Shown one piece after another: positions 29,222 through 39,247 of a DNA stretch of 64,000 nucleotides. Positions within the stretch are counted from its first letter, which is position 1; each line of letters starts with the position of its first letter. Origin of the DNA: Candidatus Poribacteria bacterium (lineage in GTDB: Bacteria > Poribacteria > WGA-4E > PCPOR2b); the NCBI GenBank assembly GCA_965198175.1, contig OZ240245.1, forward strand, positions 4,800,001-4,864,000, given 5' to 3'. The notes under the pieces were generated by a model that saw only the letters and a list, made by a program, of their open reading frames with translations, was not told where the DNA came from and did not search any database. Position numbers and translations under genes: made by a program.

Positions 29222-30640
29222 CTACTCAGTAGCCTTGAGTGCACACGGTACAATGATTGAATCGACCATACCATGTAGCAGCTTTTTGTCAGCAGGACAA
29301 ATGTTCGCCTGAATTCCACCAAGGCGGACCCTGTCTCCCGCTATGAAATAGTAAGGGCGAAGCAACGCTCTACCTGCTATGCGACGTACCTCGCCGAAAT
29401 TGAAATCGTAGTATTCCATCCGAACGCGTTTGGCTTTATGGAACTGTTGAAGGATGTAGGGCGTTCGATGAAAACTCGTTAAGGCGTCTTCCACAGCTGT
29501 CTCCCAATCCTCAGTCGACATATCGTGTCCAATGACGACGCCGCGACTCCCCCACGCTAACTCCGAGAATCCCGATGGTTTGACCACAAGCCTACGTTGA
29601 CGCTGTGTCACGGGGGTAATCTGTCGCCAATTCGTGACTGGCATTCCATCAATCTCAAGATTCGGGATGATGGCATGGGGAGGCAACGCGCGGGGATCGA
29701 GCACCCATGTCTGTGGAATGAGGTTCGCTAGCAAATCGTAAGTTTCTTTGCCAAGTTCCCGGCGCCAGAACGGTTGCAGTGTAGGATGTCGAAACAGAGC
29801 AAACAGTAATTTTTCTTCGAGGTACGCTTTCGGCGGAGGCGTCATGACAACCGTTCTTTTCTTTGCGCTGTAGAGCATCAACTCTGCTTTCGGGATGTTC
29901 TTGAGATCGAACAGTTCAAAGAATCGGTAGAGCACATCAATTTGTACCTTACTATGAGAAGATTCAAGAAACAGTCCATCTTCCGTGAAGAAGACATCGT
30001 GGGGTTTGACCGTGTAAACATTCAGGCAAATATCGCGAAGTGCCGACTCAAACCACTTCATCTCATCCCAATAATCTCTAGACTCTTCAGAAACGACGAT
30101 TGCCAGCGTTGGACACTCGTGCTTTGTAAGCGATCTAATCATTTCTGCAAAACCAAGCATCATCCCATTACTTCCGCCAACGATGTCGTAGTCGAGTTTG
30201 GCATACTGCATTGCTAGGTTGCCTGTGAGTCCCATGCCGCCGGGAACAGAATCGAGTTCCGTGATAATCATACCATTTTCCGTTGACAGCACGTCAGGAC
30301 GGATAACCTGTGGAAATTGGCTCTTAATTCGGTTCATCTTGCCATAATTGATAACCGATTCTGGTTTCCCTTGATCCAGATACGCCACAACCCATTCTGG
30401 TTGAATACCGCGTACACTTTGCGAGTATAGCAAATTACAAACTCGATAAAAGTCTAACAAATGACTGCCGAGCTTCTCGAACCATTCCAGTTCTGCTTGC
30501 GAAAGCCAAAAGGGTTCCGGTGAGAGTCGCCATGAAGTGTTGCTATCGGGATGAATCACTCTTTTTTCGCCAGTAAATAGCCCCCCCTTTGGAATCTGAC
30601 TATTTATGAATAAACACTTATCTTTGGTATCCAAACTCAC
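29222..30640 (-). CDS. ATP-grasp-like protein (glutathionylspermidine synthase/circularly permuted ATP-grasp-like)
   Basis: IRPD..ITELDSVPGG, DVLYRFFE, LVVKPSG..GSRGV, YILQQF. Confidence 0.65.
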   Translation of the reverse strand: MSLDTKDKCLFINSQIPKGGLFTGEKRVIHPDSNTSWRLSPEPFWLSQAELEWFEKLGSHLLDFYRVCNLLYSQSVRGIQPEWVVAYLDQGKPESVINYGKMNRIKSQFPQVIRPDVLSTENGMIITELDSVPGGMGLTGNLAMQYAKLDYDIVGGSNGMMLGFAEMIRSLTKHECPTLAIVVSEESRDYWDEMKWFESALRDICLNVYTVKPHDVFFTEDGLFLESSHSKVQIDVLYRFFELFDLKNIPKAELMLYSAKKRTVVMTPPPKAYLEEKLLFALFRHPTLQPFWRRELGKETYDLLANLIPQTWVLDPRALPPHAIIPNLEIDGMPVTNWRQITPVTQRQRRLVVKPSGFSELAWGSRGVVIGHDMSTEDWETAVEDALTSFHRTPYILQQFHKAKRVRMEYYDFNFGEVRRIAGRALLRPYYFIAGDRVRLGGIQANICPADKKLLHGMVDSIIVPCALKATE

Positions 30641-30775
30641 ACTCCTTGCGTGGTGTCCGTCAACTTGATGCGTGTGCGCCTCAAAGGTTCATAACCTTTT
30701 CTGTGGTTTTTGCAAAGTCAGGTCCTGACCGTTGATGAATCTCTTCCAAAGTCTAAAAACCTTGCATGGTTCAAT

Positions 30776-32359
30776 TTAAAGCTTAACCTGTTTGACGAAA
30801 GAGATTTCATCCCGGTTTGCAATGTGTTGAAGCACATCACGTGAAACGGGGCTATCTACGTTAATAATTGTGACAGCGAGTTCCCCAATCTGTGAACGTC
30901 CAACCGTCATATCTGCAATATTGATGTTATTTTCACCCAAAATTGTCCCTACTAAACCAATCATTCCGGGTTGATCTTGATTATAGAGCAAAACCATGTA
31001 GCCTCCAGGCTTTACATTGACATGATGCCGATCAATGCGTACAATTCGTGCCTCCTGATGGCCGAACGCAGTACCTTCGATAATGCGCTCCCCTTGATCG
31101 GTCATGACAGTAACCGCAATCGCGTTTGCAAAGCTTCCATCCGACCTGCTTTTCGTTTCAATGATCCGGATGCCGCGTTGTTTGATGAAGAATGGAGCGT
31201 TCACATAGTTAACGTTCGTTTGTAGTACAGGTGTTAGCAACCCCTTTTGCAGGGAGACAGTTATGAATGAAACATCCTTCTCATCAAAGAGGCTACCGCT
31301 GTAATGAATGTTAATCTCTGAAATCTGGCCATCGACAATCTGCGCGTGGAAACTGCCAATCTTCTCTGCAAGCGTAAGATAAGGATTAAAAACTTCGATT
31401 GTCTGCCAATCCATTTTCGGCAGATTAACGGCGCCTGCCACGGGGAGTCCGCGTAAAGCATTAATGACCTGCTGAGCAACCTCAATGGAAACATGAACTT
31501 GCGCTTCGGCAGTTGATGCGCCGAGATGGGGCGTCATTAACACATTGTCTAACGTTAGCAATGGATTGCGAGTGGGCGGTTCTTCTTCAAATACATCGAG
31601 TGCGGCACCTGCAATTTGTCCCGCTTCTAATGCCTCATAAAGTGCGTCTTCGTCGATAATGCCGCCGCGTGCAGTGTTGATGAGACTACATTCCGACTTC
31701 ATCAAGGAAAATTCGTGATCGCCAATACTATGGTAAGTCTCTGGGGTAAGCGGGATATGGATGGAGATATAATCCGCTTCCTTGAACAGATTTTCACGTT
31801 TCACCAAGCGGATACCTTGCTTCTCGGCGGCTTCAGAGGAAATATACGGATCAAATGCAATAGTTTCCATGCCGAACGCCTGAGCTCGACGAACCACTTC
31901 AGAACCGATTCGGCCTAATCCAATCACGCCAAGAACCTTGCCATACAGTTCAACACCGGTAAATCTGCTACGCATCCATTCTCCATTTCTGAGGGAGATA
32001 CCTGCAGAAAGAATCCTGCGGGAGAGGGCAAGCATCAGCGTAAGGGTGTGTTCTGTTGCGGAAATCGTATTTCCTGCGGGCGTATTGACGACGAGGATGC
32101 CGTGACGTGTTGCTGTGTCCAACTCGATATTGTCTACACCAACGCCGGCACGCCCAATAACTTTCAATCGATTCGCTGCCTCAATAATCTTATCCGTCAC
32201 TTTTGTTGTGCTTCGAATAATCAGTGCATCATAATCTCCAATTCGTTCGACCAATTCATCCGGGATGAGGTTCGTTTTGAAATCTATTTCAAAATCTTCT
32301 TCGCTTGCTAACAGGTCCAAACCCTGTTGCGACAGCGAATCACTGACTAGTACTCTCAT
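30776..32359 (-). CDS. serA: D-3-phosphoglycerate dehydrogenase
   Basis: GRAGVGVDNI, GLGRIG, TPHLGAST, C-terminal ACT domain; ATG at 32359 after GGAGG. Confidence 0.96.
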   Translation of the reverse strand: MRVLVSDSLSQQGLDLLASEEDFEIDFKTNLIPDELVERIGDYDALIIRSTTKVTDKIIEAANRLKVIGRAGVGVDNIELDTATRHGILVVNTPAGNTISATEHTLTLMLALSRRILSAGISLRNGEWMRSRFTGVELYGKVLGVIGLGRIGSEVVRRAQAFGMETIAFDPYISSEAAEKQGIRLVKRENLFKEADYISIHIPLTPETYHSIGDHEFSLMKSECSLINTARGGIIDEDALYEALEAGQIAGAALDVFEEEPPTRNPLLTLDNVLMTPHLGASTAEAQVHVSIEVAQQVINALRGLPVAGAVNLPKMDWQTIEVFNPYLTLAEKIGSFHAQIVDGQISEINIHYSGSLFDEKDVSFITVSLQKGLLTPVLQTNVNYVNAPFFIKQRGIRIIETKSRSDGSFANAIAVTVMTDQGERIIEGTAFGHQEARIVRIDRHHVNVKPGGYMVLLYNQDQPGMIGLVGTILGENNINIADMTVGRSQIGELAVTIINVDSPVSRDVLQHIANRDEISFVKQVKL

Positions 32360-32398
32360 GGTACTATGCCTCCAAATCAAAAAAGATGATGTGAAGTA

Positions 32399-32470
32399 AC
32401 TATAACACCTAGAAAAAAAGGTTGTCAACCGAAAATTCCCTTGACATCTTGTGAACACGTTTGTTAAGAT
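32399..32470. promoter_or_regulatory. Back-to-back divergent sigma70 promoters (serA / aro leader)
   Basis: Minus TTGACA-N18-TATAGT (32428-32399); plus TTGACA-N18-TAAGAT (32441-32470). Confidence 0.55.
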
Positions 32471-32612
32471 ATAGCTGGTCTCAAGAATACTAAGTCCTTG
32501 GAGAAAGCTCGCCTTTGTGGCGTTTGCTATTTTCAGAACAGATCCATAGCGCATAATTCTGGGGTCACGAGGTCTATAAACTACCCTAGTGTGAACATAG
32601 GAAGACAAGAAC

Positions 32613-32765
32613 ATGTACAATTTCCAACTGCATACCATCCTCGCAAACCAAATCAACGGTAGCAGTGTGTCGTACGCGGGTTTTCTTTATGTCTTCGTTC
32701 TTTTCACCTTTTTGTTGTACTTGCGCTGCGGTGGTGGGCTGGCAGAGATATTGGAGGTTCCATAG
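32613..32765 (+). CDS. Putative Phe/Tyr-rich attenuator leader peptide (50 aa)
   Basis: MYNFQLHTILANQINGSSVSYAGFLYVFVLFTFLLYLRCGGGLAEILEVP after AGGAAG; 5 Phe plus 4 Tyr. Confidence 0.55.
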   Translation: MYNFQLHTILANQINGSSVSYAGFLYVFVLFTFLLYLRCGGGLAEILEVP

Positions 32766-32792
32766 AAAATCCAGCATGCTTTGATTGATAAT

Positions 32793-32837
32793 CGCCCATC
32801 ATCGAAACAAAAATTCGATGGTGGGCGTTTTTATTTT
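32793..32837 (+). terminator. Intrinsic terminator/attenuator upstream of DAHP synthase
   Basis: 14-bp stem CGCCCATCATCGAA/TTCGATGGTGGGCG followed by TTTTTATTTT. Confidence 0.8.
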
Positions 32838-32889
32838 CAAGACAAATCGGTGTCGAGGACTACTACATGGAGATTCGGAGGAAGTAGCG

Positions 32890-33966
32890 GTGGCAGAAAA
32901 GAATGGTGCTATTGACCAAAATATCAAGGGCTATGACGCCTTAATGAGTCCAAAGCAATTGCTAACTGATCTTCCAAGAACAGACACAATAACCAGGGCA
33001 ATGGAATATGGAAGAAAAAGCATAAAGAATATCTTGGACAGAACTGATCCAAGAAAGGTTGTCATTGTTGGACCGTGTTCAATTCACGATCCTCAGGCTG
33101 CACATGACTATGCCGCAGGCTTAAAAGAAATCTCCGATGTTGTTTCAGATCATTTAGTGGTAATCTTGAGATGTTATTTTGAAAAACCTCGTACGACTTT
33201 AGGCTGGAAGGGCTTAATCTACGATCCTTATCTGAACGGAGGAGGTCATATAAAAGATGGCTTACACCTCTCAAGAAGGATTCTCATGGATGTTCTTGAA
33301 ATTGGTTTGCCATGTGCCACTGAATATTTGGAATCGTTCACACCTCAATATAACTCAGATTTAATATCGTGGGCGGCGATTGGTGCTCGAACAACCGAGT
33401 CGCCGCAACATAGACAACTTGCTTCTGGTCTTTCAATGCCAGTTGGCTTCAAGAATAGCACTCATGGCGACATCTCTGTTGCTGTCAATGCGATTCTATC
33501 CACGAAACGCGAACACACTTTTTTAGGAATCGATGAATCTGGCGATGCCTCAATTGTACGGACAAAAGGTAATCAATACACACATATTGTAATGAGGGGC
33601 GGCAGTAACAACTCAAATTATGATGCACAAAGCATTCAGAATGTTCAACACATGCTGACACAAGCGAATTTACCGCCAAGCGTCGTAATTGATTGTAGCC
33701 ATGGAAACTCAGAGAAAGACTACAGAAATCAGCCTATTGTTTTTGAGGAAGTGTTGAGACAGGTTCGTGACGGTAATGATGGGATTGTGGGAATCATGCT
33801 AGAATCAAACATTAAGGCTGGGAGTCAGAAGATACCTTCTGACTTAACGGGGTTCGATCAATCCGCGCTTGAGTACGGCGTTTCCGTCACCGACAGTTGT
33901 ATTGATTGGGAAACAACCGCATTGTTGCTTAAGGCTGCACACAAAACCTTGGCTCGAGTGAATTGA
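32890..33966 (+). CDS. 3-deoxy-7-phosphoheptulonate (DAHP) synthase, class I alpha (AroF/G/H type)
   Basis: GPCSIHD, YFEKPRTTLGWKG, IGARTTES, DCSHGNS, YGVSVTDSC; GTG at 32890 after GAGGA. Confidence 0.95.
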   Translation: MAEKNGAIDQNIKGYDALMSPKQLLTDLPRTDTITRAMEYGRKSIKNILDRTDPRKVVIVGPCSIHDPQAAHDYAAGLKEISDVVSDHLVVILRCYFEKPRTTLGWKGLIYDPYLNGGGHIKDGLHLSRRILMDVLEIGLPCATEYLESFTPQYNSDLISWAAIGARTTESPQHRQLASGLSMPVGFKNSTHGDISVAVNAILSTKREHTFLGIDESGDASIVRTKGNQYTHIVMRGGSNNSNYDAQSIQNVQHMLTQANLPPSVVIDCSHGNSEKDYRNQPIVFEEVLRQVRDGNDGIVGIMLESNIKAGSQKIPSDLTGFDQSALEYGVSVTDSCIDWETTALLLKAAHKTLARVN

Positions 33967-34000
33967 GGCGCCATTCGGAAGGAGTAAGGCGAATCTCCCT

Positions 34001-34774
34001 ATGGCATGGTATGAAACCTTCTTCGATGAACATTATCTCAAAGAGTACGCGAGGTGCCTCACACCTGAGCGAACCCAGAAAGAGGTGGATTTTATCAACA
34101 GTACGCTGAATCTCCCGCAAGTTGCTCCCAATACAACCGGGGGTGCACGGATTCTGGATCTTTGCTGCGGGCACGGTAGGCACACAGTTGGACTCGCAAC
34201 AGCGGGCTATTCGATGGTCGGGCAGGATCTCTCAACCACCTTCCTCGATCTTGCAAAAGGTGCCGCTGCAGCGCGCAATCTTCAGATTCCGTTTGTTCAC
34301 TCCGATATGAGAGAGATTCCGTTTGAAGGTGAGTTTGATGCAATCATCAATATGTTCACAGCTTTCGGCTACTTTGGCGACGATACGGAAGATCAGAAAG
34401 TCCTCAACGCCGTTGCGAAAGCGTTAAAGCCGGCAGGTAAGTTCCTCATTGATCTCATCAACGCCCCGCGGCTAATCCGCGATTTTCGCGCTCAAAGGTG
34501 GGACGAACTTTCTGATGGTACCTTTGTCCTAACTCAACGGGATTATAATCTCCTGACAGGTAACAACGAAGAACTTCGCGTCTACATTGCTCCTGACGGG
34601 AGTGAGCGTGAAGTTCGTTTGACTTGCCGGATGTATTTCTATCCTGAGTTCGCAAAGATGCTCAACCGTGCAGAACTTGCGCCGATTCAAGTCTTTGGCG
34701 ATTTTGATGACAACGAGTACACATCGGATTCAAAGCGGATGATTGTTTTGGCTGAAAAGAGACGTGAAGCATAA
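34001..34774 (+). CDS. Class I SAM-dependent methyltransferase
   Basis: ILDLCCGHGRH, DMR, FTAFGYF. Confidence 0.9.
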   Translation: MAWYETFFDEHYLKEYARCLTPERTQKEVDFINSTLNLPQVAPNTTGGARILDLCCGHGRHTVGLATAGYSMVGQDLSTTFLDLAKGAAAARNLQIPFVHSDMREIPFEGEFDAIINMFTAFGYFGDDTEDQKVLNAVAKALKPAGKFLIDLINAPRLIRDFRAQRWDELSDGTFVLTQRDYNLLTGNNEELRVYIAPDGSEREVRLTCRMYFYPEFAKMLNRAELAPIQVFGDFDDNEYTSDSKRMIVLAEKRREA

Positions 34775-34952
34775 ATATGCCTAAAAGAAACTAGTCGAAG
34801 AGTCAAAAAGAAATCACCTATCACGGGAGGAGGTGATGAAGGTGGGGTTGAAGGCTACCGAAGAACCGGATTTACGTAACGCAGAAGACAATCTCATATC
34901 GTTAGAACAACGTACTGAATATGGCACAATCACAAATAAGGAGAATAACACA

Positions 34953-36488
34953 GTGTCTGAGAAAATTCATATTTTTGATACAACCCTTCGAGATGCCGAA
35001 CAAACCCCGGGTGCCGCACTGAATCTTGAGGAAAAGTTAGAAATTGCCAAACACCTAGCAAAACTTAATGTCGATATCATTGAAGCGGGGTTCCCTGTCT
35101 CATCACCCGGCGATTTTGATGCGGTCAAGCGAATTGCCAATGAGGTCGAAGGACCAGAAATTTGTGGGCTTTCACGAGTGATAGAGAAGGATATCACTGC
35201 TGCGTGGGGCGCGATTAAGGACGCACCGAAACCTCGCATTCATACCTTCGTTGGCACATCGCCAATTCATAGGGAACGTATCACGCGGACATCCCCCGAA
35301 GAAACGCTGAAAATGGCAGTTGATGCGGTCAATTATGCTAAGAGCCTATCTTCTGGACACCCCGATGCAGTCGTTGAATTTTCGCCGATGGACGCCGGAC
35401 GTACAGAGTTAAGCTATCTGTATGAAGTGGTCGAGGCGACAATTGCGGCAGGCGCAACAATTGTGAACATCCCCGAAACAGTGGGTTGGACTGTCCCTGC
35501 CGAATTCGGACAACTTATCTCGGACATCAAAGCCAATGTACCGAACATTGATGAAGCAATTATCAGCGTACACTGCCATAATGACCTCGGGCTCGCCGTT
35601 GCCAACAGTCTCGAAGCAATTGAAAACGGGGCAAGGCAGGTTGAATGCACAATTAACGGACTTGGTGAACGTGCTGGCAACACATCGCTGGAAGAAATTG
35701 TGATGGCAATCCGAACCCGTCGAGACTATTTCGGAGCCTACCACACCAACATAAATACGAAAGAAATCGTTCCAATAAGCCGCCGCGTTAGCCGGACGAT
35801 GGGCATACCTGTTCAACCGAACAAAGCCATCGTTGGCGCCAATGCCTTCGCGCACAGCTCTGGAATCCATCAAGATGGCGTTATCAAGCAGCGAAATACC
35901 TTTGAGATTATTGATCCGTCAGATGTCGGCTGGCAGGAGAGTCAGATTATCCTTAGTCCGAGATCCGGACGGAACGCGCTCAGACATCGCCTCAACGAAC
36001 TCGGCTATGAGACTACACCCGAACAGCTCGACAAAATCTATGAACGCTTTCTCGTCGTCGCAGATAAGAAGAAAGCCATCCATGATGCGGACCTTGAGGC
36101 TATCATGAGAGACGAAGTTCGCTCGATCCCCGAAGTCTTCCAGATTGAATACATTCAGATTGTCAGTGGGACAAAAATTTCCCCGACAACAACGGTAGCC
36201 GTCCGAACGGAAGAAGGGGTTATTGAGGAAGCATCCACCGGTGATGGCCCCGTGGATGCCGCTTACAAAGCGATTGATCGCATCGTCAAGATTCCGCTCA
36301 CCCTCACGGACTACCGCATCCGCTCCGTAACGGAGGGAAAGGATGCCATCGGTGAAGTCACGATTAAAGTACAGGACAACGGACGAATGATTGTTGGGCA
36401 CGGTGCGAGCACGGACATCATTGAAGCAAGCGCAAAAGCCTACATTGACGCAATTAACAAAATTGTCCACCTTCGCTATGAAGAGTGA
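34953..36488 (+). CDS. leuA: 2-isopropylmalate synthase
   Basis: FDTTLRDAEQ, HCHNDLG, GERAGN, HSSGIHQDG, C-terminal regulatory domain; GTG at 34953 after AAGGAG. Confidence 0.95.
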   Translation: MSEKIHIFDTTLRDAEQTPGAALNLEEKLEIAKHLAKLNVDIIEAGFPVSSPGDFDAVKRIANEVEGPEICGLSRVIEKDITAAWGAIKDAPKPRIHTFVGTSPIHRERITRTSPEETLKMAVDAVNYAKSLSSGHPDAVVEFSPMDAGRTELSYLYEVVEATIAAGATIVNIPETVGWTVPAEFGQLISDIKANVPNIDEAIISVHCHNDLGLAVANSLEAIENGARQVECTINGLGERAGNTSLEEIVMAIRTRRDYFGAYHTNINTKEIVPISRRVSRTMGIPVQPNKAIVGANAFAHSSGIHQDGVIKQRNTFEIIDPSDVGWQESQIILSPRSGRNALRHRLNELGYETTPEQLDKIYERFLVVADKKKAIHDADLEAIMRDEVRSIPEVFQIEYIQIVSGTKISPTTTVAVRTEEGVIEEASTGDGPVDAAYKAIDRIVKIPLTLTDYRIRSVTEGKDAIGEVTIKVQDNGRMIVGHGASTDIIEASAKAYIDAINKIVHLRYEE

Positions 36489-36526
36489 AATAATGAGAAC
36501 GGAACGCAAAGCCGCCGGAAGCTTTT

Positions 36527-36572
36527 GTAGGTTGGGTTGAGCAATCAACCAACACCACTCCACCTAACCTAC
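36527..36572. repeat. REP-like palindrome (GTAGGTTGGG family)
   Basis: GTAGGTTGGG...CCTAACCTAC; same motif at 40668 and inverted at 40916-40925. Confidence 0.55.
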
Positions 36573-36695
36573 CCACTAGCGCGGGTTGGCACTAGCGAAG
36601 ATGTGGCAAGAGCCGCAGCTTTTCTCGATTCAGCCGAATCCGACTGACTAGCCGGTCTCGCTATCAACGTTGCTGGTGGGTCAGCGATGAGTTGA
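36573..36695 (+). pseudogene. C-terminal remnant of an SDR oxidoreductase
   Basis: PLARVGTSEDVARAAAFLDSAESD*LAGLAINVAGG with internal stop. Confidence 0.75.
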
Positions 36696-36721
36696 CAATC
36701 ACAATAAAGGAAGTGAGAACA

Positions 36722-37000
36722 ATGGATAAAATGGAGGTCATGCGCAAATACAATTTAGGCGCAAGCGATGTATTGGATTTACGAGCAATGGCAGAAGGTA
36801 GAGTCTACGTTGAAGAGGACGGCGGGAGACAGAAACAATTGACTGACAACCGTAACTGGAGTGACGGACGCAAGCCAGGATGTTCAGTTCAATTTACCAC
36901 CGAAGCACGTCTGAAAGACTACAATAGGATACAGACATTGTTTATAATGCTATCTGATGAAGAATACAATGCCATTTTAGCCAGAGATGAAAGGCGCTGA
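36722..37000 (+). CDS. Hypothetical protein
   Basis: ORF with AAGGA RBS before ATG at 36722. Confidence 0.5.
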   Translation: MDKMEVMRKYNLGASDVLDLRAMAEGRVYVEEDGGRQKQLTDNRNWSDGRKPGCSVQFTTEARLKDYNRIQTLFIMLSDEEYNAILARDERR

Positions 37001-37083
37001 GACCAATGACTAGATGGGAGCGGATTGTTGCCTCTGGTTCCATTATCGCCAACTGCTTTTGAAGGTAGTCGCAGCTAGAGGTG

Positions 37084-37287
37084 TTAATCACGGTTTCGAC
37101 GGAAATAACGCACACACATATACAGGTACTGGATGACAGTGCAAGCGATTACGGTTAGCATTGCAACGAAAAACATCGTTTCGATTGCAGAAGATGGCGA
37201 CCGCAGTATTTTCAAGTACACGACCAAACAAAAGATGCTTGCCACGGGCAGCATGAGTGTTACAATGGATTGCGGTCGTAGAGTCAT
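37084..37287 (-). CDS. Small hypothetical membrane protein
   Basis: 67 aa, two hydrophobic segments, basic C-terminus. Confidence 0.4.
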   Translation of the reverse strand: MTLRPQSIVTLMLPVASIFCLVVYLKILRSPSSAIETMFFVAMLTVIACTVIQYLYMCVRYFRRNRD

Positions 37288-37294
37288 CGTATAC

Positions 37295-38118
37295 TAGGTT
37301 CTGTTGACATTTCAACGGAGCCAGATAAGAGTAGAGACAAAACTCAGAAATCCAAAATAACGGGCAGCTAGTTTCTCGAAACGAGAGAAGATACGACGAT
37401 ACCATTTTATCTTGTTGATGAAACATTCAACCAGATGTCTCTCTTTGTATAAATGTTTGTCATATGTTCTTTGAGCGCCACGATTACGTCGAGGCGGTAT
37501 CACCGCCGTCGCTCCATTCGCTTCAATAACGTCGATAAAACTGTCCGAATCGTATCCCTTGTCTCCAATTACATGCTCGCTGTTATATCCAACTATCAAC
37601 GCTTCGGCTTCAGCTATGTCGTGTCTCTGACCGGGAGTTAGCTGGAGTCTAAGCGGATTACCTAGTGCGTTAACTGTGATATGAATTTTTGTGCTAAAGC
37701 CGCCCCGAGAGCGTCCTAGCGCTTGGTTTTCAGCACCTCCGTTTTTTTTGAGGCTCCAGCCGCGCATGGGTGAGCCCGGCAAATGGTAGTGTCAACAATA
37801 AGCCACTCCATATCTGGGTCAGAGGCGAAGTAGCGGTGCATCTGTGTGAAGATTCCTATGTCACACCAGTTACTAAACCGCTTGTAGATGGAGTTCCAAT
37901 TGCCATAGGCAGTTGGTAATAATCTCCATTGAGCACCGCTACGAGTCACCCACAGAAGGGCTTCGACGAATCGTCGGGTTCCGGCTTCGTTGCGGACATA
38001 GATGTTGGAACAGCTTAGAAGAAACTGGTATATTTTTCTCCATTGGTCATCAGGTAAGGTAATTGGCATCATTCTTCTATTATGCCACAACCTTATAACC
38101 AAATGTCAACAGAACCTA
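37295..38118 (-). mobile_element. IS5-family insertion sequence (IS427-like, two-ORF)
   Basis: Perfect 18-bp inverted repeats TAGGTTCTGTTGACATTT including probable TA target duplication. Confidence 0.93.
37312..38072 (-). CDS. IS5 transposase, OrfA (38072-37716) and OrfB (37782-37312) joined by probable programmed frameshift
   Basis: GAQWRLLP..YGNW, GRSRGGFSTKIH, GDKGYDS, YKERHLVECF; A8 run at 37742-37749. Confidence 0.9.
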
Positions 38119-38355
38119 ATAGAAGTATTGAGGCGACGTTAGGGACAATGGTTCGAATGGCGTCATTGTTTGGTCATTGTTATATTACGATTAGAAGCGT
38201 GGCTGCCAATAAACACGATGTGTTTGTTCACGGCTTATGAGATGCCAATAACTAACCCGTCACCATCTTTACGCAACTGATGTCATGACATTAGTATTCA
38301 GGATAAGCGCCCCAAGCTAAACAATAAAACGAGCTATATTCCCTACAATCTGATT

Positions 38356-38691
38356 GTGAGATTCGGCAACAATCCTGACTGGATAAAAGCGTGTGACACC
38401 GAAGGACATGGACTATTGGAAATTGGGCAGGATTTCTCTGATTACGATGTCAAATTTATAATGGTTGAGATGAAGCTTAGGAATACAAATTTGCTTTACG
38501 AGCCTGAAACAATTAAGACCTATTGGCAGAAATGGCTTGCGTCAATGGGTATTACAAAGTCAAAATTTGTATATTCTGGCGAAAATGCCAGTGACGCGAT
38601 TGAAGAATTATTTTTGCAGGGCGAACGTGTTACTCAACTCGAGGACGACGGTTTCCCCTCTTTAGTGATATGCCAGACCAAAAACGACTAA
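38356..38691 (+). CDS. Hypothetical protein (possibly partial)
   Basis: 111-aa AT-rich ORF, no recognised motif. Confidence 0.4.
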   Translation: MRFGNNPDWIKACDTEGHGLLEIGQDFSDYDVKFIMVEMKLRNTNLLYEPETIKTYWQKWLASMGITKSKFVYSGENASDAIEELFLQGERVTQLEDDGFPSLVICQTKND

Positions 38692-38698
38692 TTAGGGC

Positions 38699-38887
38699 GT
38701 GAATATGTTCATACCAATGGAGATTATTGTCATTACAGTTGTTGTAATTGTATTTTTACTGTGTGCAACAAGCCATGACTCGTCAACAATAGACTATTTG
38801 AACAATCGGATAGAGGATTTGGAAACTCAATTACGCACTAAAGAAGACCAGGAATACTTGAGAAATACCTCTAACATTTTCGATTAA
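38699..38887 (+). CDS. Small hypothetical protein, TM helix plus coiled-coil
   Basis: Hydrophobic N-terminus then LNNRIEDLETQL. Confidence 0.45.
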   Translation: MNMFIPMEIIVITVVVIVFLLCATSHDSSTIDYLNNRIEDLETQLRTKEDQEYLRNTSNIFD

Positions 38888-39247
38888 CCTCTAGCCCCCG
38901 TCACCATCTTTTGTGCAGCCAATACCACGATAGTCAACTCGGCTTAATACATAAATGAAACTGCCGCCGACTTTCAAAACCCACGAACCCGACCCCCGGC
39001 TCTTACCCGATACACCGCGGGAAGCCGACGAGTTCATAACCTATAGCCGTGAAACCTACAATGATTATTGGGAACGAACACCCACCCAAATCGACCAGCA
39101 CGTTTCACTGACGCGATTAAGAACGGACTGAAAGGTCAGAAAAAGTCCAATAGCGTCAATCAGTTTGCTTTGTTGGTATGTTGCACCCCGTCCCGACGGC
39201 TAGCAATTACTCCGTAACCCCCCAAATATTGAACGACAGATATTAAA

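Noticed and set aside
32360..32889. Long N-terminal extensions of SerA and DAHP synthase in the ORF track
   Set aside because: They run through promoters and the terminator; downstream starts have proper RBSs
35919..36563. 214-aa antisense ORF over leuA, and similar antisense ORFs over lon, aceE and nuo genes
   Set aside because: Codon-bias shadows of well-supported genes, with no motifs
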